NCBI GenBank assembly: GCA_035221665.1
Contig: CM069174.1
Span: 9,424,001 to 9,488,000 of the forward strand
Source: Okamejei kenojei
Lineage: Eukaryota
DNA length: 64,000 nucleotides
Direction: 5' to 3'
A program made the translations under genes and the position numbers. The notes beneath the pieces are model-generated. The model was not told where the DNA came from. It made no database searches and was given only the letters and a program-made list of their open reading frames with translations. The stretch's first letter is position 1; the number at the start of each line of letters is the position of its first letter. This document shows positions 13,227 to 25,877 of this stretch, one piece after another.

Positions 13227-13363
13227 CTTCTTCTGTCGTGTGGCGTGCACAGCCTAAAGTTATTGGACAACTTGTTTTATTTTATCTTCCGTTTGTGCGC
13301 AGTCGAGTTGATTGCATTAGTCGAAACAGGACGGACCACGTGAAGGTTGCAATCTTCCACCCC
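13227..13363 (-). mobile_element. ~137-bp ribozyme-headed SINE-like retroelement, copy 1
   Basis: TSD agtagatgtat at 13216-13226 and 13364-13374; minus-strand 3' tail ...gacagaagaag; near-identical to 21449-21578. Confidence 0.85.
13310..13363 (-). ncRNA. Minimal HDV-like (CPEB3-type) self-cleaving ribozyme, predicted
   Basis: Minus strand reads GGGGTGG AA GATTGCA ACC TTCACGT GGT CCGTCCT G T-TTCG-A CTAA TGCAATC, i.e. P1, J1/2, P2, P3, L3, P3', P1', P1.1/mini-P4, J4/2 with the catalytic C, and P2'. All helices pair and the G1-U wobble is present. Confidence 0.8.
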
Positions 13364-13607
13364 AGTAGATGTATAATCATATGTGACTAATATTTGACCA
13401 TCTTGATCAAAGTGGCAAATGTGCATAATTGGAAATGCCACACGGGCATAGTTAAGGGTGAGAAATCACTGAGAAATTTTAGTTGGCAGCCAGACTGCTT
13501 TATTCTGATGACACCAAAGTGAATTTACATTGCCAAATGATTGAACGTTTCAGCATGTGCACATATAGTCAGGATGGAATGTGACATCTAGTGATGAAGT
13601 AGTTATA

Positions 13608-13860
13608 ACATAGAGTCCTACAGCAGGGAAACAGCCCCTTCAGCCCAACCCATCCATGTTAACCAAGATACCCCATCTACACTAGTCCCATTTGCCCACA
13701 TTTGGCCCATGTTCCTCTAAACCTTTCCTGTCCATGCACCTGTCTTAATTGTTGTTCTAGTACCTGCCTCACCTACCTTCTCAGGTAGCTTGTTCCAAAT
13801 ACCCACCACCCTCTGAATGGAAAAGCTTCCCCTTAAGTTCCTATTAAATCTTTTCCCCTT
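13608..13860 (-). mobile_element. CR1-type LINE 3' fragment (older subfamily)
   Basis: Minus-strand peptide KRFNRNLRGSFSIQRVVGIWNKLPEKV. Confidence 0.8.
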
Positions 13861-14883
13861 CGGTTTTAGGCAGAGCTGCAGCAAAAGTAATGTCACCAAA
13901 ACATAATTGGTGGAACTGCTGCAAGTGCATCAGAACATGGTGGTGGACACGAGGGGAGGCTGAGACTGGGGAGAAATTGTCCCCAAAAAATAAATGGAAT
14001 AGAATGGTTGAGCTTTCCCCATAACTGGTGACCAACACAAATAAATTTCCTGAAATCCCATATTTTGGAGCTCCTGGGAATTCCTTCGTGGGCTATTAAT
14101 CCTAAAGGAAAACCGGAATTCTCCTGTTATTTTTTGAAGACGAAATGTACCCATTTCAAGTGAAAGGCATAACTCAACACATATACCTGTACTAGAGTTA
14201 ATATTGAATGCTCCATTTTTGAATCTATAGGTTTAAGACAATTTTTATGTTCTTAATTAAAATAACACAGTTAGATGGGTACTCCTGAATCCACAATAGT
14301 GTTTCGTACTTTAGCAAAATGTGTAATAATTGACATGTTTAAATAGACCAAATGGTTTCCCTTGTGCTATAATTGTCTATCTCCTTTTTCCCGTATTAAT
14401 TTCTTTCTTCCGACACTTTGGCTGCAATCTACTGGGTAATTTTAATTTAAATGTCATTACAATAATTATTTTACTGAGCTGCTTTTGAATAACTGATCCC
14501 GAAAGGTTTGATTCTGAATTCACCACTGTCTACCCTCATTATGGACCAGTCTCACTTACCAAACCTTCCCCTTCCCCTATTAAAAAAACATAGATGGATT
14601 TTTCCCATTTTATTTAACTATACTATGTTAACTATACTATGCAAGCACATGTCAACTGTATTTATACACTGAATTATCCAGAGCCACATGATACTAAATG
14701 CCACTGGGCTACCTACACTGTAACATTAAACAATCTATGTTGAATTGTACTGTGTGTAAGATTTCCTATAACAACACGAGGGAAACTGCAAACACAGAAA
14801 ATCAGTGAACACAGGAAGATATGGGCTATTCAAGAAGAGCCAGCACAGATCTGTAAAAGGCAGATTATGTTTCTCCAATGTAA

Positions 14884-15172
14884 TTTAGTTTAGTTTGGAG
14901 ATAGAGCGCGGAAACAGGCCCTTCGACCCACCGAGTCCGTGCCGACCTGCGATTCTGTGCACTAGCACTATCCTACACACACTAGGGACAATTTACAATC
15001 TTTACCAAAGCCAATTAACCTACAAACCTGTATGTCTTTGGAGTCTGGGAGGAAACCAGAGCTCCCGGAGAAAACCCATGCGGCCACGGGGAGAACGTAC
15101 AAACTCTGTACAGACAGCACCAGTGGTCAGTTTCGAACCTGGGTCTCTGGAGCTGTGAGGCAGCAACTACTG
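14884..15172 (-). mobile_element. V-SINE (HE1-like)
   Basis: Reverse complement of the 6122-6430 copy, with (taaac)n tail. Confidence 0.85.
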
Positions 15173-15359
15173 AGGCGACATTCTATAGATAAAATGACCA
15201 AATGTATTGGCAGGGAGGTTATATGGTTGGAAATTATAAATGATCACATCAAATGCTTGGGAAGAAGATTAAAGCCGGTGGTATTTAAGGTAAAGTCGTG
15301 AGATGGAGTAGATCATGGACGGAGAGGACGGAGTAGAGAAACCATTTTGGTTAGTCGGA

Positions 15360-15603
15360 TGTTTAAGAAGGAATTGCAGATGCTGGAAAATGGAAGGTAG
15401 ACAAAAATGCTGGAGAAACTCAGCGGCTGCAGCAGCATCTATGGAGCAAAGGAAATAGGCAACGTTTCGGGCTGAAACCCGAAAGGAAATAGGCAACGTT
15501 TCGGTCCGAAACCCAAAAGGGTTTCGGCCCGAAACGTTGCCTATTTCCTTCGCTCCATAGATGCTGCTGCACCCGCTGAGTTTCTCCAGCACTTTTGTCT
15601 ACC
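15360..15603 (-). mobile_element. Fold-back Penelope-derived element, second copy, 14-15-bp TSD
   Basis: Reverse complement of 7856-8098 with the same internal architecture; TSD tttggttagtcgga(t) at 15346 and 15604. Confidence 0.8.
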
Positions 15604-18600
15604 TTTGGTTAGTCGGATACCCTGTGGACCTCGATTGGGATTCTTGTCTTCCTTGTGCATAAATGATTTGGACATGGCCAAAGAAACCAACACTACAATC
15701 TAATGACACCAAATTAGGGGAAATAGCAAATGTAATATAGCAAAGTAACATTTGTTTGAATCTGAATTTTATTTTGTGCTTTTTAACCAGTTTATATCAA
15801 AAATATGTACTTTGGTTCTTGCCCGAATAATCTTCCCTTCTTCGATCCTGCCAATTCTTTTCACCGTCATTATTTTAAACATCGTTCAGCAGCTTTACCT
15901 CCAGATGCTATAACCCCAGTTTACCTGGCTGGACATCAGAACCCGGTCAGTGGCGATGTAGGTAGTGTGGCTGTCTCACCCATGCTGTTTCGTCCGTTTC
16001 CCCCCAGTGTAAGTGGGTAGGTGGTGAATCAGTTGAGGAAAGGGGGAGAGTTGTTGGGAGGGGGGGGGCTGAGGGAAAACATCGTGGGATTAATGAAGAC
16101 GGGTGCTTGATGGTCCACATAGACATGGCGATCCAAAGCATGATTCCGTGCTGATGCCTCTATAAATACAAACACAGATGAATTTACTAGTAGTAAATCT
16201 GCCCATGCTGCGGAGAGTTTGTCATACCTGCTGTGGGCAGTTTTGGACTTCCTATTATTAGGTGATTACAGTCAATAAAAAACTTCCAATTTAGATTTTA
16301 TATAATTATTTACTACGATGAAACTAGGACAGAAAGATAATGTTATAATTGACTTGTAGAACTAGTTCTGCATTGGCTGAAACACAGGAGTTATGGTGAC
16401 ATCTTAGAAAAGAGAAGTTTGCAGAACCCTAAAAAATTCTGCAGGCAAATGATAAAATATTAATTCCATTGAATGGAATGGATAAGTATAAAATGGACAA
16501 TGAAAGGTTTTTTTTTAATGCACAGGCTTATCAGGATATGGAATGACTATGAAGGATGAATCTGTCATGATATTTGAGAGAATGACATTTTTGAAAGTTG
16601 TTCAAAAGAACATGAAATGTAGGATTAAGTGATCTCCTTGCGTTGATATTTTCATGAGACCAGGAACCCTCTGAGGAACAGAAACTGCTTTGTGCCATTA
16701 ATCTCTGCGCCAGATCTACGCAGCATCTACTGCGCTTTTGGTGGAAATATCAGAGAATCGGCAGCAACGTCTTTTTTTCCATTTACCCAACATTTGCAAG
16801 GACTTTCCCCCTCACTCCCAGCAGGCACTCAAAAGAATCCCTGCAGATAATCAGCTCCTGAAAATCGACCGAATCGACAGTCAGGTTTGCTTTTCCTTTG
16901 AATAACTGCTCAACTTCCTGATTGTTTGCAAGGCACCGCTTCGCTCTTTGTGCGGGCCCCGGGAATGGAATGACTGCTTAAATCGGCCGAGGAGGAGGTG
17001 TCCCCTCATCATCCCATCTCGCTTTTATACTGCCAACAGCATTGCTCCAATAACTGGCGGTATAATAAAGGAACATGTGCTATTCTGAGTGTGAGATATA
17101 TTTTAAATGTTATATTTATCCTATGGATACAATGTGTGGACTGGACATCGTGTGTTATCAAGGCTATAAAGTCTAACTCCAGTCCAGAACTACAAGTGGC
17201 CCTATTCACATGAATGTGATGCTTACACTTTATATATTGTCTTGAATTGATTTAATTTATAATTGGATCAACTTACTTTATTATTGTTCCAATTATTTGA
17301 AAATACATTGCTGTTTTCTGGCAATAATGATTACAATCAAAAATGATTATCCTGGCTGATTTGCACAAAGCTCAAAGCACAAAAGACATTTATATTTTCA
17401 GCTATCTAGAGACCTTGTACAGATGATCAAAGAGCCCAAATTCTGATGGTCCTGTGTGCAGTAATGACTTCTGGCAACATCAGTCATGGAGGTAACCTGC
17501 CATGGAGTTTTTGTATTATAAGTGAAGTAGTTATTTTGCCACAATGTTACTTAAAGTTCCAATTGTTAACCAAATGCACGATACTCCTGATGAAATTCAC
17601 AAACCTGGTACTTGTCGTAAGCAATTAAGAATTCCCCTCCAAAAAAAAAAACACAAAAGGAACAAAATAAAATAAAGGCTGTGTTGAATATATCAGAAGT
17701 CCAAAGGAAAATGCTGGAAATGTTCGCCAGGCCAGGCAGCATCTGCGGAGGGCAAAACAGATCTAATGTTTCGGGTCTATGACCGTCCTCCTGAACTGAT
17801 AACGCTCATCAACCTCGAATGTTCTTTTTTCTCTCTCCACAGACGCTGCCTGAACTGCTGAGTATTTCCAACATTTCATGTTTTTATATCAGATTGCCAG
17901 CAGCCACAGTTTTGGTTTTGAGAATGAGGTTATAGTCCCACTGGCTTCTCATCGCTAATGCATACAGTCACATGAACTGCATTTGCCGTATCGCCACTCA
18001 TTTCAACAGCATGAAAATGATGGGCTTCTTAACAAGGGCGAGAATCAAATTATTCAATAAAGGGGATGTGAATCCTGGAGTAAATAATGACAATTTGCAC
18101 CAACCTCTCTGCCTTTGCCACCATTCACCAAAGTCGGAAGGGATCTTGAAATACTTTGTTGTATGGGGAGATTGCTAGTTTCATTCACCAACAAACAGCC
18201 CTCAAGAGACCCACCAAAGATGGATGGCCCTCCCATAAACGAAGTGAACAAACCTCAGTCCCAGATACAAAGCAGAACACAATCGCCACTTCCAAATCCA
18301 GTGGCATCTTGCGTTTAGCTGGCACTGGAGCGTTTCAATGCTGTCTAAAATACTGTGTGAGGGAGTACATTGTTACATGGCATTCTCACTCAAGTAATGT
18401 CACTTTTTAATTTCACAGACGCTCTATGAGTGTTAACTTCATAAATATTGTGAAGATGCCAAGATGTGTTGCAGGTATCCAGGGCTCGAGCCTCAGCTGA
18501 AACCATAACCACATGGGTGTAAGAATACAGGTGCAACACCTGACATTGTGTTATATTCTTGAACACTCTCATTTCTCTTTATTTTCCAACAGTTACTGCT

Positions 18601-20228
18601 CCCTCCGCTTCCATCCCAATCCAAATGAAACATTTCTTGTTCTGCTGGCTCCGCTCTGTAACCGGACGGAGGAGACTTTGCAAGATGCAAGACCGGGGTT
18701 GTAAATTGTGGCAGTTAACTTACTAACCATCTGAATGCACATAAAATGTTATTTTCTTGTCGATACAATATACACGTAGCATTATATATTGTCACATCTT
18801 TCAACTGACACGATATGGAATTCGATTAATAGTTAACGGAAAATTTCAAGGCCCACCAGTCGGGAGCTTGCTGTAAAGCTCTGCTAAAGATCTGTTTTGT
18901 CGCCAAGGTGAGTGTATGTTGCAACAAATACCCGCTGCACTCCAAACTTAATGCAATTCAAACGTTTGCTTTCTTGTTCGTAAGTTAAATTTTCATTGGG
19001 GTCGGGGAATGTGGCCCCCATCTCTCGTCCTCTGATCACTTTCTCATTCGGGCTCTCTCTCGGTTACCTCCCTCGCTGGCTATTTTACACTCTCCCGCTG
19101 TCTCTCCCTTGCGATGTCAATGCTGCCATTCACTCCAGGATGAACGTCGCAATGTAGAGAGGTGGCCCTTCTACATGTCCTTCTTTCCCAATTGGAAGAA
19201 GGATTGGGGAGATGCGAGGTACTGTATTGAACAATGAAAAACAAAATTCGAGGACCTGAGAGGGGGGGGGGGGAGAGGGTGGGAGGGGTGAGGAAATGTA
19301 ACAAGAAAGATAAATTTGTGACTTTAACCAATTGATAGTAGACTTGGATCGGAAACTAGATTTGAAGTTGGTCTGACTGAAATTTTCACAACTTACTGGA
19401 TTTATTTATGTAAGTGTTAAATTAAATGTTCGTGTGATATACATTATGACCTGCATGACTGTCTGTGGTCTCTTTTGATCATTAAAAATTAAAATAATTT
19501 TGATATTTCAATAATTTTATGGTCCTTTTGTTCTTTGCAAAGTTGTTTTCTTACCGAAAAAATATTTCTATGTAGCTCAAGATATTTTCGTTGAACATGA
19601 ATTCCTGTTATGTGTATATGACCAACCTGTCCAATAAAGCTACCATTCCTTATAGTAAATTCTTACTTTCTATCGTCTTGTTTGAATGTCCTTTTGCTTG
19701 GAGCGCGTTTTGGGGGATAGTTTCTACTCAGTGCCAGCAGTTGGCTCTGGTCTCTCATCTTGACCGCTGTTTTTTCAATGATGGACCGGATGGCATCGTA
19801 CAGAACTATAAAACCTCCTGCAGGCTCATTCTATCTGAACCTAAGCCCACCCTGTGCAAAAACCTGCCATTTGCGTCCTGTTAAACAAACAGCGTTCAAG
19901 TCCTACCTGCTCCAATAGTCATCTCCCTTGTATACATGTTGTGCATCCCAGTGTCACCTATTCCAGCCATGCTTAGATTTGAAAAGGTTTTGCCAAAACC
20001 CAGGCCGTGCCATACTTCAAAGTCTCAGAAAGATCCTAGTGTATTCTCCCTTTAATTATATACTGGCCCTGAGGCCTTGCAGCGTTTGTCCAAAAGAATC
20101 AATAAAAACTTCAAATGGATAGATCAGCCCTCAGGCTTTGCTGAGCAACATTCAGCTATTGCAGCGAATTAACCCATGCCAGGCTAAGTAGTGCAAATTC
20201 AACACTAAATCATATTCTTCCCCCCTCC

Positions 20229-20263
<35 letters not shown>

Positions 20264-20499
20264 ACCTCTGTCTCTGTGTCTATTTATTGATGTCACGAGT
20301 TTATAGACACACAGCTTAATTGGGGTAAAAAGAAAATAAAGGAAACTTTGAGGTCTAGAAGAAAGGTTTGCATTTCTGAGGCTCCTTTCAGCACCTCGGG
20401 TCATTCCAAATCACTTCATAACTAACATGGTATTATTGAAGCATCATCAGTTACAATATAAGAAAAACACAGCAGCATATTCGCACATTGAAGCTGTGC

Positions 20500-21327
20500 G
20501 GAATTTCTTTAGTCAGAGGGTGGTGAATCTGTGGAATTCACTGCCACAGACGGCTGTGGAGGCCGTCAATGGATATTTTTAAGGCAGAGAGAGATAGATT
20601 CGTGATTAGTACGGGTGTCAGGGGTTTTGGGGAGAAGGCAGGAGAATGGGGTTGAGAGAGAGAGATAGATAAGCCATGATTGAATGGAGGAGTAGACTTG
20701 ATGGTCCGAATGGCCTAATTCTGCTCCTATCACTTATGACCTTATGAAGCCTCACAAACACAACATGAGAAACACGAGTAGGAGAGGCTGCACGGCCCTC
20801 GCTCCCGCTCCACCATTTAGTAAGAACAGGGTTGTCCTCTTCACGAACCTCCATTCCCCTTTCCAGTCCGAACCTCAGAACCCTTGATTTACTTGTCGTC
20901 AAAACATCGACAGATCTCACCCTTGAAAATACTGAATGACCCAGAATCCACAGCTCTCTGGGGTAGAACATCCCAGAAATTCAAAACCTGAGAGAAAACG
21001 TTCCCCCTTGTCTCAGTCTTAAATCGACAATTGGAGAGGATGTTTTCACTAGTGGGAGAGTCTAGGACCAGTCTCAGAATTAAAGGACGTTGTTTTAGGA
21101 AGGAGACGAGGAGGAATTTCTTTAGCCAGAGGGTGGTGAATCTGTGGAATTCTTTACCACAGAAGGCTGGAGGTCAAGTCACTGGATATTTTTAAGGCAG
21201 AGATAGATGAATTCTTGATTAGTATGGGTGTCAGGGGTTATGGGGAGAAGGCAGGAGAATGGGGTTAGGAGGGAGAGTTAGATTGATGGGCCGAATGGCA
21301 TAATCCAGCTCCTACCTCTTTTGATCT
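20500..21327. mobile_element. Cluster of CR1 3' fragments (+ 20500-20746, - ~20765-21020, + 21033-21327)
   Basis: agagggtggtgaatctgtggaatt...ggggagaaggcaggagaatgggg motifs and a (ccttatga)n tail. Confidence 0.8.
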
Positions 21328-21448
21328 GATGAAATCCTTACCCTGGGGTTATGCCCTGTGGTCCCAGATTCCCCATCAGATGGTCTGTTCTCTCAGCATT
21401 CACCCTGGCCTGTGCCCCCAAGGATCATGCACATTCCAACAAGAACAT

Positions 21449-21578
21449 ATTTCGTGTGGCGTGCACAGCCTAAAGTTGTTGGACAACTTGTTCTATTTGA
21501 TCTTCCGTTTGTGCACGTCGAGTTGATTGGATTAGTCGAAACAGGGCGGACCACGTGAAGGTTGCAATCTCCCACCCC
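21449..21578 (-). mobile_element. Ribozyme-headed SINE-like retroelement, copy 2
   Basis: TSD aagaacat at 21441-21448 and 21579-21586; body matches 13227-13363. Confidence 0.85.
21525..21578 (-). ncRNA. Minimal HDV-like ribozyme, predicted (one P2 mismatch)
   Basis: GGGGTGG GA GATTGCA ACC TTCACGT GGT CCGCCCT GTTTCGA CTAA TCCAATC. Confidence 0.75.
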
Positions 21579-23044
21579 AAGAACATCTCTCAGTTTTTCC
21601 AAAGACCAGGTAATGTCAACGTCCACACAGTCTCCTCCCTCTGTACAATCTCTTCTCATGAAACAGCCCTCACGCCCCAGGAAGCAATCTGGTTAAACCT
21701 CGCTGTGCTGCCTCAAAGGCAAAATACATCCTTCCTTCTTCAATAAACAGACCAAAACTGCTCAGCACTCCTGGTCCGGTCCCACCAAAGCTCTTTTGAG
21801 CTGCAGCAAACAGTCTTATTGTCTGTCGCCCTATCCTCCTGCAGAGGCCAAATGTGATCAATGATTCGATAATATTAGAGCGACGCCCGCTGAAGGATGC
21901 TTCTTCTAGTCTTCCTTCTTCCAGTGCAGAAAAGGCCACCAAGTGCTGGAGTATTTAGCATGGCATTGAGAACCCCTTCAGAGCATATTTGTAGGGAGCA
22001 CACTGAAGGTCACAGTAAACAGCAGACAGAGACGTCCTGCCCCACTTACTGTGGAGCCTGCAGGTCCCACATTCACCTCATCAAAATTCTGATTACATTT
22101 TCCATTTGATAGATACAAGAAAAGGTCACAGGCCCACCAAGATGTCCATTGCTCAATTTCCCTCTTAATGAAAACTGCCACATCGGGATTCCCAATCAGT
22201 TACCTATGTCCAGAGGCTAATCTTTTGGACAAAGCTGTTCTGAGGCACTTTAGCAGTAACCCATCTAATTATACATTCACTGAGTGTGTAGGAATTCTCA
22301 GAGGTGTTGTAAATGACGGTTTTAATAAGTCCTGGCTGCATTTACGCAAGGTCCGTGATGAAACTGGTGCCTTGTGGGTTTTATAATGCACAAAGGCCTG
22401 CGTTTGACTCATTTCCGGATGGGAGTAAAACAGTCATAGATTCCCTGGAGCATGGAGTCCTCCTCTGGTTAACCTCACTCCTTGAATTTATGCTACAATG
22501 GCTGTATAAAGTCACAACCACTGATTTCACAACTGTGATTTTAAAGGCATATTCAAATGCAACTTTCAGCCTCCAAGAATGAATGCAATAATAAGCCCAC
22601 CTTCGTAAACGTTGGCCTGTATTTGATTTCTCTGCCCCTTTTCCAACGAGTTTCAATATCTGCGGTAACAATCTCTCAGTGCTCAGTCCCTTCCAGCTAT
22701 AGCTCATCTCATTTGATTGAAACGTACAGCATGCAAACAGGCCCTTCGGCCCACCGACTCCATGCCGACCATCAATTACCCATTCACACCAGTTCCATGT
22801 TATTCCACTTTCTCATCCACTCCCTACACACCAGGGGCAATTTACAGAGGCCAGGTAGCTGAGGTTTTGCACCCCACTTGCACACAGTTCTAACTTTTTG
22901 CTACCTTGCCTTTTCTGTTTTTATTCGAGCATTTGTTTCCTCACACAGTTTTTTTATTAGTCTAAGTAGCAAATAGTAATTAATATTGCAAATTTTAACT
23001 TAACATCATTGCTTGATTCGAAACAGAATCTCCTGAACGTAGGC

Positions 23045-23293
23045 TTTAGACATACAACATGGAAACAACCCCTTTGGCCCACCGAACCCGCGCCAACCAG
23101 TGATCACCCCGTACACTAACTCTGTCCTATAAAGCCAACAAACCTGTACGTCTTTGGAGTGTGGGAGAAACCTGGTGCGCCCAGAGAAGACCCACACAGT
23201 CGCAGGGAGAACGCACAAACTCCGCATAGACAGAATCGGCGCCGGGACCCTGGCACTGAGCGTCAGCAACTCTACCGCTCGGCCACTGTGCCA
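23045..23293 (-). mobile_element. V-SINE (HE1-like), internally deleted
   Basis: V-domain gggagaacgcacaaactcc and tail ggaaacaacccctttggccc. Confidence 0.75.
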
Positions 23294-24294
23294 AAGAGGC
23301 TTTTTTTTTAAAACTGTCTGCTATTCACAGGCTGCATCTATTGGCAACATGTTGTTGTAGCATCTGTGGGGGCTACTTCCTGACGAGGTTTCTGCCATAA
23401 GGATAACCAAGGTTGCTTGTAATGCAAATCTGTTATTTAAAAAACGTATCAGATTGCCGAGCTCAACACTGTGATCCGTTACCTGACATGGCACTCCATG
23501 ACACACATGTATTGATCACAGACATTGTTCAATTCGTTACATTGTGAGTCAGCTGAGCTCCCTCTGTGAAACTCAAGTCGTCTACAACCAACGGTATACG
23601 TACATTGCATTTCAGTCAAGCAGGTCTGAATCAACTTTGTACTTTGTAATTTCTTCAAGACATTTGCAAGACTGGAACGTTTCTTCCTGCATATTTTCTT
23701 GCGTCTAGGTTTAGCTCAGATTAGTGTATTGTAACGTGAACTGAGGTACAGTGAAAAGCCTTTGTTGCGTGCTATCCAGTCAGCGGAAAGACAAGACATG
23801 ATTATAATCGAGCCATTTACAGTGTATAGATACATGATCAGGGAATGACATTTAGTGCAAGGTAAAGCCAGCAAATCAGGTAATGAAGCAGCCCACACCA
23901 GCAAGCAAAGTGATCTCAGCAACATTCAGGCAGCACCTGCAGCATGCACCACTACAACAGCCACACAATGCATTGGCCCAATTTGCCAAGGTTCCTCCAG
24001 AAACTCTCCCATAGCTGTGGCCTCTACCACCACAGGAGACAAGGATAGATGCTCATGGGAGTACCACAACTGCAAGCCACTCTTAGTCGCACACTTTACT
24101 AACAAAATTATATCGCTGTCCTATTGTTGCTGGACATAAATGGAAGAATTCCTTATCAATGGAAGAAATGTCACTATAAGGACGGCAGTGGTTCAAGAAA
24201 AAACATTCCCACATCTTTTCAAGGGCAATAAATGCAATAGTGATATCCACATTCCATAAATATTGATCTATGTTTTCTTCAGAAAAAAAAGACA

Positions 24295-24887
24295 CAAAGT
24301 GGTAGAGTAACTCAGCGGGTCGGGCAGCATCTGTGGAGAACATGGATAGGTGACGTTTCACAGAGTGCTGGAGTAACTCAGCAGGTCAGGCAGCATCTGT
24401 GGAGAACATGGATAGGTGACGTTTCACAGGGTGCTGGAGTAACTCAGCGGGTCAGGCAGCATCTGTGGAGAACATGGATAGGCGACGTTTCACAGAGTGC
24501 TGGAGTAACTCAGCGGGTCAGGCAGCATCTGTGGAGAACATGGATAGGTGACGTTTCACAGAGTGCTGGAGTAACTCAGCGGGTCAGGCAGCATCTGTGG
24601 AGGAACATGGATAGGTGACGTTTCACAGAGTGCTGGAGTAACTCAGCGGGTCAGGCAGCATCTGGAGAAACATGGATAGGTGACGTTTCACAGGGTGCTG
24701 GAGAAACTCAGCGGGTCAGGCAGCATCTGTGGAGAAATGGATAGGTGACGTTTCACAGAGTGCTGGAGTAACTCAGCGGGTCAGGCAGCATCTGTGGAGA
24801 ACATGGATAGGTGACGTTTCACAGAGTGCTGGAGTAACTCAGCGGGTCAGGCAGCATCTGTGGAGAACATGGATACGTGATGTTTCG
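24295..24887. repeat. 66-bp tandem array (~9 copies) derived from the Penelope-related element
   Basis: Unit cagagtgctggagtaactcagcgggtcaggcagcatctgtggagaacatggataggtgacgtttca starts at ~24295, 24361, 24427, 24493, 24559, 24626, 24691, 24756 and 24822. Confidence 0.95.
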
Positions 24888-25877
24888 GGTCGGGGACCCT
24901 TCTTCACACCCGAACCATCGCCTATCAATGTCCTCCAGAGATGCAGCCTGACTCGCTGAGTTACTTGGTTGTGAATCAGCATCTGCAGTTCCTTGTGTGT
25001 CAGAGGTTTCTTCAGACAGGATCCTATTATGTCAATGACACCCAACATGCAATATTGACAGGAGAAAAAACAGTTGAGAGCGAGAAGTCATACAGAAGGT
25101 AGACGTGAAAGCTTAACTTTGGGCTTCATGTGGGCTGGGATGGAGTGGAGTGTTACTCCATCCCTTACACCAGGCTCCTTTCCTCCTGATCCTTCCCACA
25201 CACACTCCCACCAACATTCCCACACACGCTCCCACCAACATATGCCCTACATATAATAATTGAGTTTGTTCCTCCTTCATTGTTGTTTGGGTTTGAAGAA
25301 CTTTTGAAGACAAAACCTTGCTAAGAATACATTACTGGATATTCTTTACATGATTAAAAATACCTCATGCCTTTGCAAAAACAAAATCTTGTTACATGAT
25401 GTCAGTTTTATTAAGAATTGGACAGGTACATGGATAGGACACGTTTGGAGGGTTATGGACCAAGCGCAGGCAAGTGGGACTAGTGTAGCTGGGATATTGT
25501 TGGCCGGTGTGGGCAAGATGGGCCGAAGGGCCTGTTTCCACACTGTATCACTCTATGACTAATTCATCTTCCCACTGTTAATAATTGGTTTCAGACTGGT
25601 GGATTGATGGGAGGTGGTGTTCACTGAAGTAAAATTGCATCTGCTTGTTCTCGCTGTTTAATGGGACAAGCTGTGAGATTGAAAGGTTCGCTTACATCAC
25701 TGGCAACACCGGAGCTGCTGAAACAATGATCGATCCTCGCTCTTAAAGAGTGGAAGAAATTTGAACACAGATCAATTGCTCTCCAAACACTTTCCATTCT
25801 AAAAGCTAATTTGTTTTGCATAGTCTTCCCGTATTCCCATTTTATCCAGCTATCCCACTTCCTACCACAACTAGAAT

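Noticed and set aside
19915-20035. Hemopexin-like peptide HVYKGDDYWS on the minus strand
   Set aside because: Single short match among stops with no other hemopexin repeats; more likely chance or part of the decayed gene.
24295-24887. CRISPR array or repeat-protein ORF (WIGDVSQSAGVTQRVRQHLWRT)n
   Set aside because: No unique spacers; indels break the frame and the unit derives from a dispersed repeat.
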